The position numbers were made by a program, and so were the translations under genes. Of a stretch of DNA of 44,814 bases, positions 1-9,216 are shown piece after piece; position 1 is the stretch's first letter, and each line of letters opens with the position of its first letter. Below the pieces are notes generated by a model that did not search any database, was not told the origin of the DNA, and worked only from the letters and a program-made list of their open reading frames with translations. This DNA is from Thermoplasmatota archaeon (GTDB taxonomy: Archaea; Thermoplasmatota; Poseidoniia; Poseidoniales; Poseidoniaceae), in assembly GCA_036160735.1 (NCBI GenBank), contig JAYYDR010000038.1, positions 1 to 44,814 of the forward strand. The letters are read 5' to 3'.

Positions 1-903
1 CGCTACAACGGCGATGCCGCTGAGTTTAGGCCTCTCAACCGAATTTGGAGTGAACATCTCGAACTAATCGGAGTCTGCCCTGAAGTAGGAATCGGCATGG
101 GGGTGCCACGTCCTACAATCAGGTTGGTCAAAGGTGAAGAACGGATCTCGCTCATAGATCCAAAGAACGGCCATGATTACACAGACAAAATGCTAGAATT
201 TGCTGAAGTGCAGTCAGATTTTCTAGTTGCTTCTGGTATTAGCGGCTTCGTGTTCAAGAAGGATTCTCCAAGTTGTGGTTTGGAGAGAGTCAAGGTATAT
301 CGTGGTGATAACCCACAAGCCGTGCGAGATGGCACTGGACTGTTTGCAAAGGTTTTCACCACGTTATACCCCCACATTCCAGTAATCGAGGAAGGTAGGC
401 TAACCGACCCATTACAAGCAGAACACTTCCTAGCAAGAGTTCACTTCTTCAACGAGTGGTTATCGATTGGAGAGGAAGGTTGGACCGCATCCAAACTGAT
501 GACATTCCATGCTGAGCACAAGTTGTTCCTGCTAAGTAGAGCACCTGACTCTAAGAGAATCTTGGGTAGAATCATCGCTCAAGGATTTGACAATGAAGAG
601 CACCCTGAACATGTCGCTCTAAAGTACATGACAGAAGCACAAAAGCACCTTTCAACCCTAACCAAAAGAGGAAGAATTGCTCACGCAATGGAGAGGGTTG
701 TTGGCAGGCTGCCACAGTTATCCAAGTCTGAAAAGCAGGAGATGCTAGACGTGATTCACAGTTTCAGAAAAGGGCTACTTCCAAGATCGGCTGCAATGAT
801 TTTACTAAATCATCACATCAATCAACATGATGCTGATAATCCGATTCACAAGAAGTTCATCTCTCCAATCCCAATGGAAATTGGACTAATGGCTAGAGTC
901 TGA
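1..903 (+). CDS. DUF523 (2-thiouracil desulfidase-like) / DUF1722 (YbgA-like) fusion protein, 5'-truncated by the window edge
   Basis: Frame 1 is open from base 1 (RYNGDAAEF...GVCPEVGIGMGVPRPTIRL). The CPEV-G-G-PR and KKDSPSCG motifs of DUF523 are followed by a helical DUF1722-like half (FHAEHKLFLL). Confidence 0.88.
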   Translation, partial: RYNGDAAEFRPLNRIWSEHLELIGVCPEVGIGMGVPRPTIRLVKGEERISLIDPKNGHDYTDKMLEFAEVQSDFLVASGISGFVFKKDSPSCGLERVKVYRGDNPQAVRDGTGLFAKVFTTLYPHIPVIEEGRLTDPLQAEHFLARVHFFNEWLSIGEEGWTASKLMTFHAEHKLFLLSRAPDSKRILGRIIAQGFDNEEHPEHVALKYMTEAQKHLSTLTKRGRIAHAMERVVGRLPQLSKSEKQEMLDVIHSFRKGLLPRSAAMILLNHHINQHDADNPIHKKFISPIPMEIGLMARV

Positions 904-917
904 TTCAGTTCTGTTAG

Positions 918-1289
918 TTAATCGATTTTGATTTCGATGTTGCCATCTTTAACACGGGTTTCGTAGATCTTGAGGTCTTTCTGCTTGCTTAACTTACCTA
1001 CGAGTCTTCCATAAGCTGGTAATAGGGGGAATGGAGACCACTCCACCATCTCACCTGTGTCGATTTTGTGAGTGGTTTGATGCAAAGGGCATCGGATACA
1101 ATCATCCTTGACTTTAGCACCGTATGCTAGGGGCCAGCGCATGTGTCTGCAGAGTGCTTCAGTAGCAAAATAATAGTCATCTGTTTGACCGATAAGTACC
1201 ATTTTCTTGGCAACTGTACGCATTTTTTTCTTTCCCGGCTTTAGTTTGGATTGTTTGATTGCTACGTGCCAAGTCATGCTATCACTCAC
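918..1289 (-). CDS. Rieske [2Fe-2S] ferredoxin-like protein
   Basis: Has CRH...CPLH Rieske ligand motifs and is small. Its GTG start overlaps the SDR stop (GTGA); an alternative ATG lies 4 codons downstream. Confidence 0.85.
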   Translation of the reverse strand: MSDSMTWHVAIKQSKLKPGKKKMRTVAKKMVLIGQTDDYYFATEALCRHMRWPLAYGAKVKDDCIRCPLHQTTHKIDTGEMVEWSPFPLLPAYGRLVGKLSKQKDLKIYETRVKDGNIEIKID

Positions 1290-2014
1290 GCTAAAATTTG
1301 GGACATTCCACCATCGAGGTGCATTACCTGTCCAGTGAAATTATCTGGGGCTCCGGTCAGAAGCCAGTGAATGCTAGTTGCAATCTCTTCAGCTTCGTTT
1401 ATCCTCTTGAGTGGAATCATATTTGCTGATGCTTCTCTCATTGCATCAGAGCGAAGAATGGTTGCTGCAAGTCTGGTATCAGTTAGACCTGGTGCGACAG
1501 CGTTGACCCTGATTCCCCTCTTGGCATATGTTGCCGCTGCGGAGCGAACCATAGACTCGACTCCGCCTTTTGCTGCTGCAATCGCTTCGTGATTTACCAA
1601 ACCGAGGCTACCTGCAACACTTGATGTGAAGACCATCCTGCCTCCTCCCATTTTCAACATAGCTTTCCCACACATAGAAAGAGTGAGGAAAGCACTGGAA
1701 AGATTGGTTGTGATTACCTCATTGAAAGCATCAAGAGCGAGCGCATGTGGGGGTCTAATCGAGATAGAACCTACTAGGTGTGCTACACCAGAAATTTTGC
1801 CATCACCTTGCTGTGAGGCGATTTCAATCGCTGCAGAAACTGATTCTTTGTCGAGGGCATCTCCAATAATGACCTCTGCACCTAGTGATTTCAGTTCTTC
1901 AACTCTTGATTCATCACGAGCGAGACAGGTTACTGCAGAGCCGTGTTCTAGCAGTTTTTTTGCCGTGACTATGGCGATGTCACTACTACCTCCAACAATT
2001 AGGTACGAAGTCAT
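1286..2014 (-). CDS. Atypical short-chain dehydrogenase/reductase (SDR)
   Basis: Rossmann start IVGGSSDIA, plus SSVAG, RVNAVAPG and TGQVMHLDGG. The catalytic YxxxK is replaced by HEAIAAAK. Confidence 0.9.
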   Translation of the reverse strand: MTSYLIVGGSSDIAIVTAKKLLEHGSAVTCLARDESRVEELKSLGAEVIIGDALDKESVSAAIEIASQQGDGKISGVAHLVGSISIRPPHALALDAFNEVITTNLSSAFLTLSMCGKAMLKMGGGRMVFTSSVAGSLGLVNHEAIAAAKGGVESMVRSAAATYAKRGIRVNAVAPGLTDTRLAATILRSDAMREASANMIPLKRINEAEEIATSIHWLLTGAPDNFTGQVMHLDGGMSQILA

Positions 2015-2035
2015 AATGTTACGTTTCTGTGTTAA

Positions 2036-2043
2036 TATTTATA
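2036..2043 (-). promoter_or_regulatory. Putative TATA box (TATAAATA) for a leaderless SDR-Rieske transcript
   Basis: TATAAATA on the minus strand lies 22-29 nt upstream of the SDR ATG at 2014, and there is no RBS. This is the typical archaeal leaderless geometry. Confidence 0.55.
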
Positions 2044-2137
2044 CTACTGTTCCGATGCAATTCTGCCCATTACCTTACAAACAGTGTTTCATAAATGATG
2101 ATATTCACAATGCATAACGAAAAGTGAGGTTTTCAGC

Positions 2138-2362
2138 TTGAACATTGGTGTTTTGGATAGAGTTCTACGCTTGTCAGCTGGACTTGGCGTAGTTCTTTTC
2201 GATTACATTTCTAACTCTGCATGGGAGATTGTTTTTCTCATATTTGGAGTATGGAGTGTGACCACATCGGTATTTGGCTGGTGTCCATTCTACAGGGTAC
2301 TTGGAGTCAACACATGCCCGGCTTCTTTCCAACTCAAGCATGAGGGACAGCTAGAATCTTGA
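2138..2362 (+). CDS. DUF2892 (YgaP-like) small membrane protein
   Basis: Pattern NIGVLDRVLR...two hydrophobic segments...GWCPFYRVLGVNTC. TTG start preceded by GTGAGG. Confidence 0.85.
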   Translation: MNIGVLDRVLRLSAGLGVVLFDYISNSAWEIVFLIFGVWSVTTSVFGWCPFYRVLGVNTCPASFQLKHEGQLES

Positions 2363-2364
2363 CC

Positions 2365-4266
2365 TTACATTTCTTCTTCAAGAATCTCGTCAGTCTTTGC
2401 GATAAACGAAATAGAATCTGGGTTCTCAACTGCAACAATACCGCGGATATTGTGGATATCACGTAATTCGTCAGTAGGGGGGGCGACCTTGATTCTTGAC
2501 TCGTGTATCTGGATAGAGCTTCCCGGAGATGCTTCCACACCTCCCTCAGGTAACCAAAGCCCTACAGCGCCAATTTCAGAGTGATGAGATACTAGTAGGA
2601 CTCGACCATTATCGTCTTCATCGATTCTGACAATTGTCAATTCAGAGCCATGAGGAATCAGTTTTGATGCTGGTTGCCACTCTTTCCAAGTCTCATCTAG
2701 TGGCTTTGATAACTCCACAGCCTTCTGGTCGATTTCGGATATTTGTGATTCAAAGTCCTTTGATGCTTCTTCTGCAATATCATTGACTTTGTCGATGTAT
2801 TGTCTTAGCCCTTCATACTGCATTTGTTCTTTGTTTGTCATAGCGGTATTTGCCAATAATAACATCTCAGCAAGCATGTCCATCCTATCGCTAGTTCCAG
2901 TTTCAATAGCGCATTCCATAGCCTCGTCTAGTACCTCGATTGCGAGGCCTGGACAATCGATTGCTAGTAGAGAATTTCCGATCGCTGATAGGTTTGCAAT
3001 CGCTTCGATTTTGTCTTCGATTACAATTGCATTAGCAGATATCATGTGGGCTTCAGACAACTCAGAATTACCTTCGATATGCCTAGCGATTCCTGCAAGC
3101 AATAGATGAGGAAGTCTGTTTGCTGAACCGGTCTGTGCTTGCCTGTCTGCTGTCTCGAATAGCATTGCAGCACGATTCCAATTCTTGGCAGCTAGAGCAA
3201 GCAAGCCAAGTTGGTGCATCGCTCGCATTTCGGCTCCTGTATCATCGATTAATGTGGCAAGAGATAGGGCTCTAGATAGATGAAGTTTTGAGAGTTTTAG
3301 ATTACCAGACATCTTCGATAACATACCTAAAGCAGATTCCATTCGATACAGACTTCCTGACATCGCTCTATGAGCTAACTCAGCCAATTCTTCTCCCAGT
3401 GGTGCTAGACCAAGACCAGTTACCTCGAGAATCTCACTTTGCAACTCTATTGTGGATTCATAGGCCTGCTTCAAATCTTCAGAACTTCCATCTGTTAGCA
3501 TAGAGGATAGGTGCTCGTCTAACTTGGCTACAGGAGCGCATATTTCAGGAAGTGAACCCAATTTATTCATGATTGATTTCTTAACCTTCTCGCCTCTTAT
3601 AGAGCGAATCAAGCCAGAGATTAGTTTGGCTTCATCGACCACTACAACGTCTTCACTCTCTTCTGCTAGGGCGACTTTGGAAGACAGAAGCGAATCTACC
3701 ATCCAGGTCAATTTGGCTTGGACATCATACTGTCCCGCTCTACTAATCGCATAGCGCATTTCTGCTGCTCTAACTCTTCTAGACAGACTACGCATTCGTG
3801 TTCTTTGACTAGCATTTCCAGAATCAGCCAACCTTTGCAAAAAGGTAGATGGCGGACATGTCTCAAAATTTAGATTGGCTTTTTCCCCAGTGGTAGTCAT
3901 TTTGTAATCATCAGATACAAGAGTAACTTTGTGACCTTCATGTGCTAATTTAGAACCCAAAATCATCAGGGATAAATCAACATCTTGTGGGGAGGCTTTC
4001 TCTCCAATATGTTGTGCTAATGCTCTAACTTCAGCCTCGTCTACGGCTACGGTAACCATGATCTCCCGGAATTCATCCAACAGGTTCGGTTGACCTTTCC
4101 ATCTCTGAAATCTCACATTTTTGATTTCACCATGAACTCCTGGAGTGACATAAATAGCGGAATCATCGTTTTTCAGGATGTTTTTCAAATCCTTCAAGAA
4201 GCCATTTGGTGCCATTGAACCTACGTGAATAAAGCAGTTAGAATCAACAACCCATACCTCTGCCAT
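2365..4266 (-). CDS. PIN-domain protein with a TPR-like helical region and a beta-rich C-terminal domain
   Basis: N-terminal PIN acidic motifs VVDSN, TPGVHGEI, SPQDVDL and LVSDDY. TPR-like helices such as AEMRAMHQLGLLALAAKNWNRAAMLFETA follow. Confidence 0.72.
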   Translation of the reverse strand: MAEVWVVDSNCFIHVGSMAPNGFLKDLKNILKNDDSAIYVTPGVHGEIKNVRFQRWKGQPNLLDEFREIMVTVAVDEAEVRALAQHIGEKASPQDVDLSLMILGSKLAHEGHKVTLVSDDYKMTTTGEKANLNFETCPPSTFLQRLADSGNASQRTRMRSLSRRVRAAEMRYAISRAGQYDVQAKLTWMVDSLLSSKVALAEESEDVVVVDEAKLISGLIRSIRGEKVKKSIMNKLGSLPEICAPVAKLDEHLSSMLTDGSSEDLKQAYESTIELQSEILEVTGLGLAPLGEELAELAHRAMSGSLYRMESALGMLSKMSGNLKLSKLHLSRALSLATLIDDTGAEMRAMHQLGLLALAAKNWNRAAMLFETADRQAQTGSANRLPHLLLAGIARHIEGNSELSEAHMISANAIVIEDKIEAIANLSAIGNSLLAIDCPGLAIEVLDEAMECAIETGTSDRMDMLAEMLLLANTAMTNKEQMQYEGLRQYIDKVNDIAEEASKDFESQISEIDQKAVELSKPLDETWKEWQPASKLIPHGSELTIVRIDEDDNGRVLLVSHHSEIGAVGLWLPEGGVEASPGSSIQIHESRIKVAPPTDELRDIHNIRGIVAVENPDSISFIAKTDEILEEEM

Positions 4267-4316
4267 GACTTGGCTTTGTAAAGGACGTAATTTGACTTAA
4301 CGCCTCTATTGGAAGG

Positions 4317-4610
4317 TCACTCCTGAACATCTGATTCATTGAGGTATTTCCTATCGAACCAAATCGGACCACCAGGTGGAATCGCAGAAACCATACCTAG
4401 AATCGCAAGATTAGAACTCATTCTACCCTTGTGTTGCTCCCACCATACTAAAGCGCAATACAGCACGAATAGGAATCCGTGAATTGGGCCAATGATTTTC
4501 ACTAGAATCTCATTGCCGCCGATATACTTCAACGGCATTGCGATGAAGAATAGCGAAATTGTCGAAATAGTCTCTAAAATTCCGGATACTTTGAACAGAC
4601 TCAAACTCAA
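4317..4610 (-). CDS. DUF3817-like small membrane protein
   Basis: Motifs ETIS..LFFIAMPLKY, GPIHGFLFVLY and SAIPPGG. The likely TTG start is 4610 (TTGA overlap with the ATPase stop) or 4604 behind GGTGGAGG, not 4649. Confidence 0.8.
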   Translation of the reverse strand: MSLSLFKVSGILETISTISLFFIAMPLKYIGGNEILVKIIGPIHGFLFVLYCALVWWEQHKGRMSSNLAILGMVSAIPPGGPIWFDRKYLNESDVQE

Positions 4611-5581
4611 GCCTCCACCATTGGCCTCGACGAGCCACATGATGGACATAATTGTTCGTCACTGTCTTTGTAATCGTGCTTACAAGCCGGGCAAGTAGAT
4701 GATAAGACCATCTTACCCATCGTCTCAACAGATTCCCCTTGCAGAGAGATATATCCGCTGTTGATATTTCCGACAGTGTATCTTCCTGCTCCACCAAGTC
4801 TTACCAACAAATCTGGTGGTAGGGTTACAGTTCCAGTTTCATCGATGATGAGCTCTCTATCCTTAGTCAAATTCTCAACGTCGATAGATTCTCCATGCTC
4901 TGCAACGAATCGCCCGTCCCTGAGTTCAAGCGAACGATTAGCAAACGCAGCTACTTCCTTGGAGTGAGTGACGATTAGGAATGATACTCCATCATTTTCA
5001 TGTAATTCCTTGAACAATGCAAGAACTTCTCTGCTTGTCACGGGGTCCAGAGCACCAGTTGGCTCATCTGCAAGAATCAGACGAGGCTGTGTGATTAACG
5101 CTCTTGCAATTGCTACTCGTTGCTGTTCACCACCGCTTAACATTGCAGGCAGTGCGCCTTTTCGATGACCCATGCCTAATTTTGTTAGCATTTCATCTGC
5201 GTACTTCAAAGCCTTCCTCGATGAAACACCTTGGTGCCTTAGAGGTTGAGCAACATTGTCTCTTGCATTCAGATCCGGTAATAGGTTGCCTTCCTGAAAG
5301 ATGAAAGATACAGTCTTCTGCCTAAGTTGAACGAGTTCTTGCCCAGTGAGTCGCGTCATGTTCTTCCCAGCCAAACTTACCGAACCAGCGCTTGGTTTCA
5401 TCAGCCCACCAAGGCACTTCATCAGAGTGGATTTTCCCGAACCTGACGGTCCAACGACCGCAATCGCTTCTCCAGCTTTCATATCGATGTGGAGGCCGCG
5501 CAATGCAACTACGTTACCATCCTCTGCTTTTGAGTCGTATACATGGTAAAGACCGTCAGCATGTAATATTGTCTCACTCAT
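4607..5581 (-). CDS. ABC transporter ATP-binding protein (LolD/MacB-type) with a C-terminal AbrB-like segment and zinc ribbon
   Basis: Walker [34 protein letters not shown] and H-loop VTH. The tail reads [15 protein letters not shown]...CPAC...CPSCG. Confidence 0.92.
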   Translation of the reverse strand: MSETILHADGLYHVYDSKAEDGNVVALRGLHIDMKAGEAIAVVGPSGSGKSTLMKCLGGLMKPSAGSVSLAGKNMTRLTGQELVQLRQKTVSFIFQEGNLLPDLNARDNVAQPLRHQGVSSRKALKYADEMLTKLGMGHRKGALPAMLSGGEQQRVAIARALITQPRLILADEPTGALDPVTSREVLALFKELHENDGVSFLIVTHSKEVAAFANRSLELRDGRFVAEHGESIDVENLTKDRELIIDETGTVTLPPDLLVRLGGAGRYTVGNINSGYISLQGESVETMGKMVLSSTCPACKHDYKDSDEQLCPSCGSSRPMVEA

Positions 5582-5583
5582 CT

Positions 5584-8500
5584 TTACTCCCCCTTCAATA
5601 CACTTGCCAGATCGGACTTTAGCGCCTTTCTAGTTGTTACCAGTAGCGCTATCACGACTGCAGCGAATACCGCAAGTGAAACAAGCACAATTTGAGTCCA
5701 AGGATACACGAGCGTACGTTCAATTACAGTACTTGACCCACCGAATATTTGGAATATGAACCCGAAGATGTCGAAGAATCCGTTGAAGGACAGGGCGAGT
5801 GCAATACCTAGTACAACTCCAAGAGCCATTGATACAACTACAATCGACAAAATCTCGAATAGAACAAGTCTGATAATTTGGTTAGGTGACGCTCCAATCG
5901 CTTGAAGTACCGCTAATTCCTTTTGTCTTTGATTTAGTACCAAAGACAAGAATACGAAGCTGGATGCTACTGCGGCCACGCTTGCAACTACGAATTGCAG
6001 AGATAGTAGTCCCGGAGTTCCAAAAATCAAACCTCCGTTCCTCTCGACTTCCTTATGCTTGCTGGACCAATCCATGGTTTCTGAGACTCTTGAATCAGCC
6101 TCAAGTTGGGAAGCTAGTGACTCTAAATCATCGCCTTCAACACCATCTACTCGAACAATCCAAGTTGTTGAGTTATAGTTGTCTGCTTTGCTATTTCCAA
6201 CGAGTGACCTCCACTTTCCTTCACCTATGATTAATGTTGATTCAACAACTGATGAATCAATTCCTGGGAAATACTCGTGAACACCCATGTAGTACATTTC
6301 TGTGCTGTATTTAATAATCTCCAATGTGAAATTGGCATTTAATACAGATACAATTGGTGCTGCCAGCGGAGGCACTTCCGATAGATTTGAAGGGACGCCC
6401 TCATCACAAGATGTGTCGTCACTGTTCGTTCCATCCGGACATGTTGTGTTTGATAGAATTGCGGTAGACAAATCTATTAATCCATACAAACCATTCAAAT
6501 TAGCATCAGTAAGATTTGCATTTTCTATTGTCCCTGATTGGAAGTTTACAATAATTGCATTTTCTAAGTTAGCACCGGTTAGGTCTGCTCCTGACATATC
6601 TGTATCAAACATAATTGATTCACTTAAATTGACGTTGGACATATCTGCTCCTGAAAGATTCGTAAGTGAAAGATCAACTCTACCTAGGTTCCTCTCATTC
6701 AAATCCTGTCCAGCCAAATCAAGACCTGACCAATCGCCCTGCATCAGACTAATGTAGGCGAAAAACAACAGGTTGGTATCAGTGTCTTGAGGTTCTCCAG
6801 AACTATTGGTGAAAACTAAATCCTCCCACACTAGAGTCACGTCTCTTGATTTGTCATCCGACCTGTCTAGTAACTCATCATCAAGACGATTTTCATCCCC
6901 TCCTCTTTCCGAACCTGGCAGATCAAGTGAATATGCTGCATCTCTACCAGCTGAGAAGCCACCGTTTTGATAGGCATCTAATGCCTTGGAAATATCATCA
7001 CCTGGAAGTGCTTGTTCGCTCCATTTCAAAACACCGTCACTTCTTTCCAGCAGCACGTATGTTTGTAGGTTTTCTCCGCCCGTAACATCGCTCAGAGCAA
7101 GTTGTGGGACACTTGTTGCTAACGGAGTGACATCTGAGTCAGCATATTGTTTGATGATGTCTATAAGTTCAGATTCGTTTACGTTTGTCTCCATCTGAAT
7201 TTGTAAATCTGAGCCTACCGTTGCGTCTACAGTCTTTTCATCGACAATTGTGCCAGTGTATCCTTGAACTGCTGCGAGAGTCACAATAGAAAGTGTGAGT
7301 AACATAATCACTGCAAGTCTGTTAACTGATTCAGCAGAACCAGATCCTTTGAGACCTCTTTTTACATCTTTAAGAAGCGGGGTCCTGCCGAATATTACTT
7401 GCATAATTTGTGGGCCTTTGGCTCCGATTCTTCCAAGAAGTAATGCCCCACCAATCCAAAGAGCAAATGGTCCGAATATTCCGATTAATCCCTCTATGAA
7501 AAAGTTCGAGACGATTCCATCTTCACTTCCATTCATCTCTAGCCATGTGTCTACTACTGCTAGCATACCAAAGAGGAATGCTGTCCAGTGTAGCCAACGT
7601 TTTGGTTCTGATTTCTTTGTGGTTTTCTTTACTCCCTCTTCAATTTCTAATTCAATGAAGTCTCTTGCTCTACTGCGACCAAATAGAACCGCTAGACCCA
7701 AGGTTGCTACCGCTGTGAATAATGTTGAACCAATTCCTAAAGTAGGGTTTACATCGAAGTCTCCGGTTCTAAACTCCATAAATCCAACTGCCGACAGGAC
7801 GATTGGAACTGCCAATAGGGCTAGTATGTACCCAATAAGCCAAGCTGCTGAAGCCATGACAAATAACTCGAGTAATACCATCCCCTGGAGAGTCTTTCCA
7901 TCTGCGCCTATTACCCTGTGAATACTCACTTCTCTACGCCGCTGTTCAAGCGATAATACCAAACCGTAGATTAAAACTGCAATCGAAAGAATAACGATTG
8001 GTATCATGATAATGTAATCAAAAATTTGGATGAGTCCAAGGAAGATATTGAGGAAAGTGATTGTACCACTAACAATGTCGGTGTAGTATAACTCAATACC
8101 TTCTTCAGTGTAATTTTGGGCTTGAACTCTAGTCCCAAGGTCTTCTAGCCATTCCTCAGCATCATCTGTCGAAGTGGTAGGCAACTGGCCTCTATCGATT
8201 GTTACTCCGAGGTACATGTGGTCATAAGACATCAAGGTTCCACGTTGTGATTCATCAAGCAATTTCCATGTTGTAAATATTGGATTAAATGGCAATGTTG
8301 GATTTCCAAAATCCCAAGGTTCGTAAATCCCCACCACTGTGAGTTCCTCGACGGTCATCCACATTCTACAGTAAATCATTTCGTTGTTTTCAGGAGTAAT
8401 TTCACCGTCACAATTCTCATCTGTTATTGAGCCTTCGAATAAGGTTGACTCATCGACAACATATGCAAATGTGAGACTATCTAATTTGTCCCCTACCTTA

Positions 8501-9216
8501 GCTTGCGCTTGGCTAGCAATTGTTGATGGCAAAATTACTCCTCTATCGCGCGTCATGTTTTCTGAACTTGGCCATTCACCAAGTCCTGATATTATGTTAC
8601 CACCTAATCGTTTTGCTAACTCCCCATCAAAGGCACCCGGACCCAAGAAACGTATGGCTCTCATGTCAGAAATCGGTGGGCCGTTAGCGTCAGCTTCTGG
8701 ATAAGTGAACGTCACGTTTGCCCAATATGGGTTTGAACTTGCAGATATTTCACGCATTTCGAGAGGTTGTGCAATTATGAATTCCGTATTGAAGAAACCC
8801 CCGCTGTGTATACCCTGACGCCCGAGTACAAGGGTACAATCATTGAACTCGGAGAATTCGTCTAGTAATTCATCACAAACCTGTTCCATCACTGTTGTAT
8901 TATTCGACCAACCTGATGCATTTTCTACCGGTGTTCGGGCATATTCAATTTTCGCATCAAAAGGTTCTGACTTCAATGATTCCTCGAAGAACAACTGAGA
9001 CAAACCAACGCCATATGCAAGAACTGTTGTAATAACCAAGGAAGATAGGAATACACCAGTGATAACCGCAAGACCTCTTTCTTTACCTCTCCAAGCACCT
9101 TGTGCTGCAAGGCGTAATCTGCTCGGCAATTCCATTACTGTATTCTGTAATTTTGCTAATCTTGACCGGTTGATGTCAAAATCGGCGTCTTCTAGATCAA
9201 TGTCTACGCCGGTCAT
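5584..9216 (-). CDS. Large FtsX-like ABC permease (two fused halves) with a pentapeptide-repeat insertion
   Basis: Two FtsX signatures (EQRRREVSIHRVIGA; QRQKELAVLQAIGAS), two large extracytoplasmic domains and multiple TM segments. It lies between two LolD-type ATPase genes. Confidence 0.88.
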   Translation of the reverse strand: MTGVDIDLEDADFDINRSRLAKLQNTVMELPSRLRLAAQGAWRGKERGLAVITGVFLSSLVITTVLAYGVGLSQLFFEESLKSEPFDAKIEYARTPVENASGWSNNTTVMEQVCDELLDEFSEFNDCTLVLGRQGIHSGGFFNTEFIIAQPLEMREISASSNPYWANVTFTYPEADANGPPISDMRAIRFLGPGAFDGELAKRLGGNIISGLGEWPSSENMTRDRGVILPSTIASQAQAKVGDKLDSLTFAYVVDESTLFEGSITDENCDGEITPENNEMIYCRMWMTVEELTVVGIYEPWDFGNPTLPFNPIFTTWKLLDESQRGTLMSYDHMYLGVTIDRGQLPTTSTDDAEEWLEDLGTRVQAQNYTEEGIELYYTDIVSGTITFLNIFLGLIQIFDYIIMIPIVILSIAVLIYGLVLSLEQRRREVSIHRVIGADGKTLQGMVLLELFVMASAAWLIGYILALLAVPIVLSAVGFMEFRTGDFDVNPTLGIGSTLFTAVATLGLAVLFGRSRARDFIELEIEEGVKKTTKKSEPKRWLHWTAFLFGMLAVVDTWLEMNGSEDGIVSNFFIEGLIGIFGPFALWIGGALLLGRIGAKGPQIMQVIFGRTPLLKDVKRGLKGSGSAESVNRLAVIMLLTLSIVTLAAVQGYTGTIVDEKTVDATVGSDLQIQMETNVNESELIDIIKQYADSDVTPLATSVPQLALSDVTGGENLQTYVLLERSDGVLKWSEQALPGDDISKALDAYQNGGFSAGRDAAYSLDLPGSERGGDENRLDDELLDRSDDKSRDVTLVWEDLVFTNSSGEPQDTDTNLLFFAYISLMQGDWSGLDLAGQDLNERNLGRVDLSLTNLSGADMSNVNLSESIMFDTDMSGADLTGANLENAIIVNFQSGTIENANLTDANLNGLYGLIDLSTAILSNTTCPDGTNSDDTSCDEGVPSNLSEVPPLAAPIVSVLNANFTLEIIKYSTEMYYMGVHEYFPGIDSSVVESTLIIGEGKWRSLVGNSKADNYNSTTWIVRVDGVEGDDLESLASQLEADSRVSETMDWSSKHKEVERNGGLIFGTPGLLSLQFVVASVAAVASSFVFLSLVLNQRQKELAVLQAIGASPNQIIRLVLFEILSIVVVSMALGVVLGIALALSFNGFFDIFGFIFQIFGGSSTVIERTLVYPWTQIVLVSLAVFAAVVIALLVTTRKALKSDLASVLKGE
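6406..6738 (-). repeat. Pentapeptide-repeat (A[D/N]Lxx) coding segment inside the permease
   Basis: Reads GDWSGLDLAGQDLNERNLGRVDLSLTNLSGADMSNVNLSES...GADLTGANLENA...ENANLTDANL and ends in a CPDGTNSDDTSC cap. Confidence 0.85.

Noticed and set aside
2090-2137. AATGATGA as box C of a second C/D RNA
   Set aside because: There is no suitably placed CTGA box D or terminal stem; the region is more simply a promoter.
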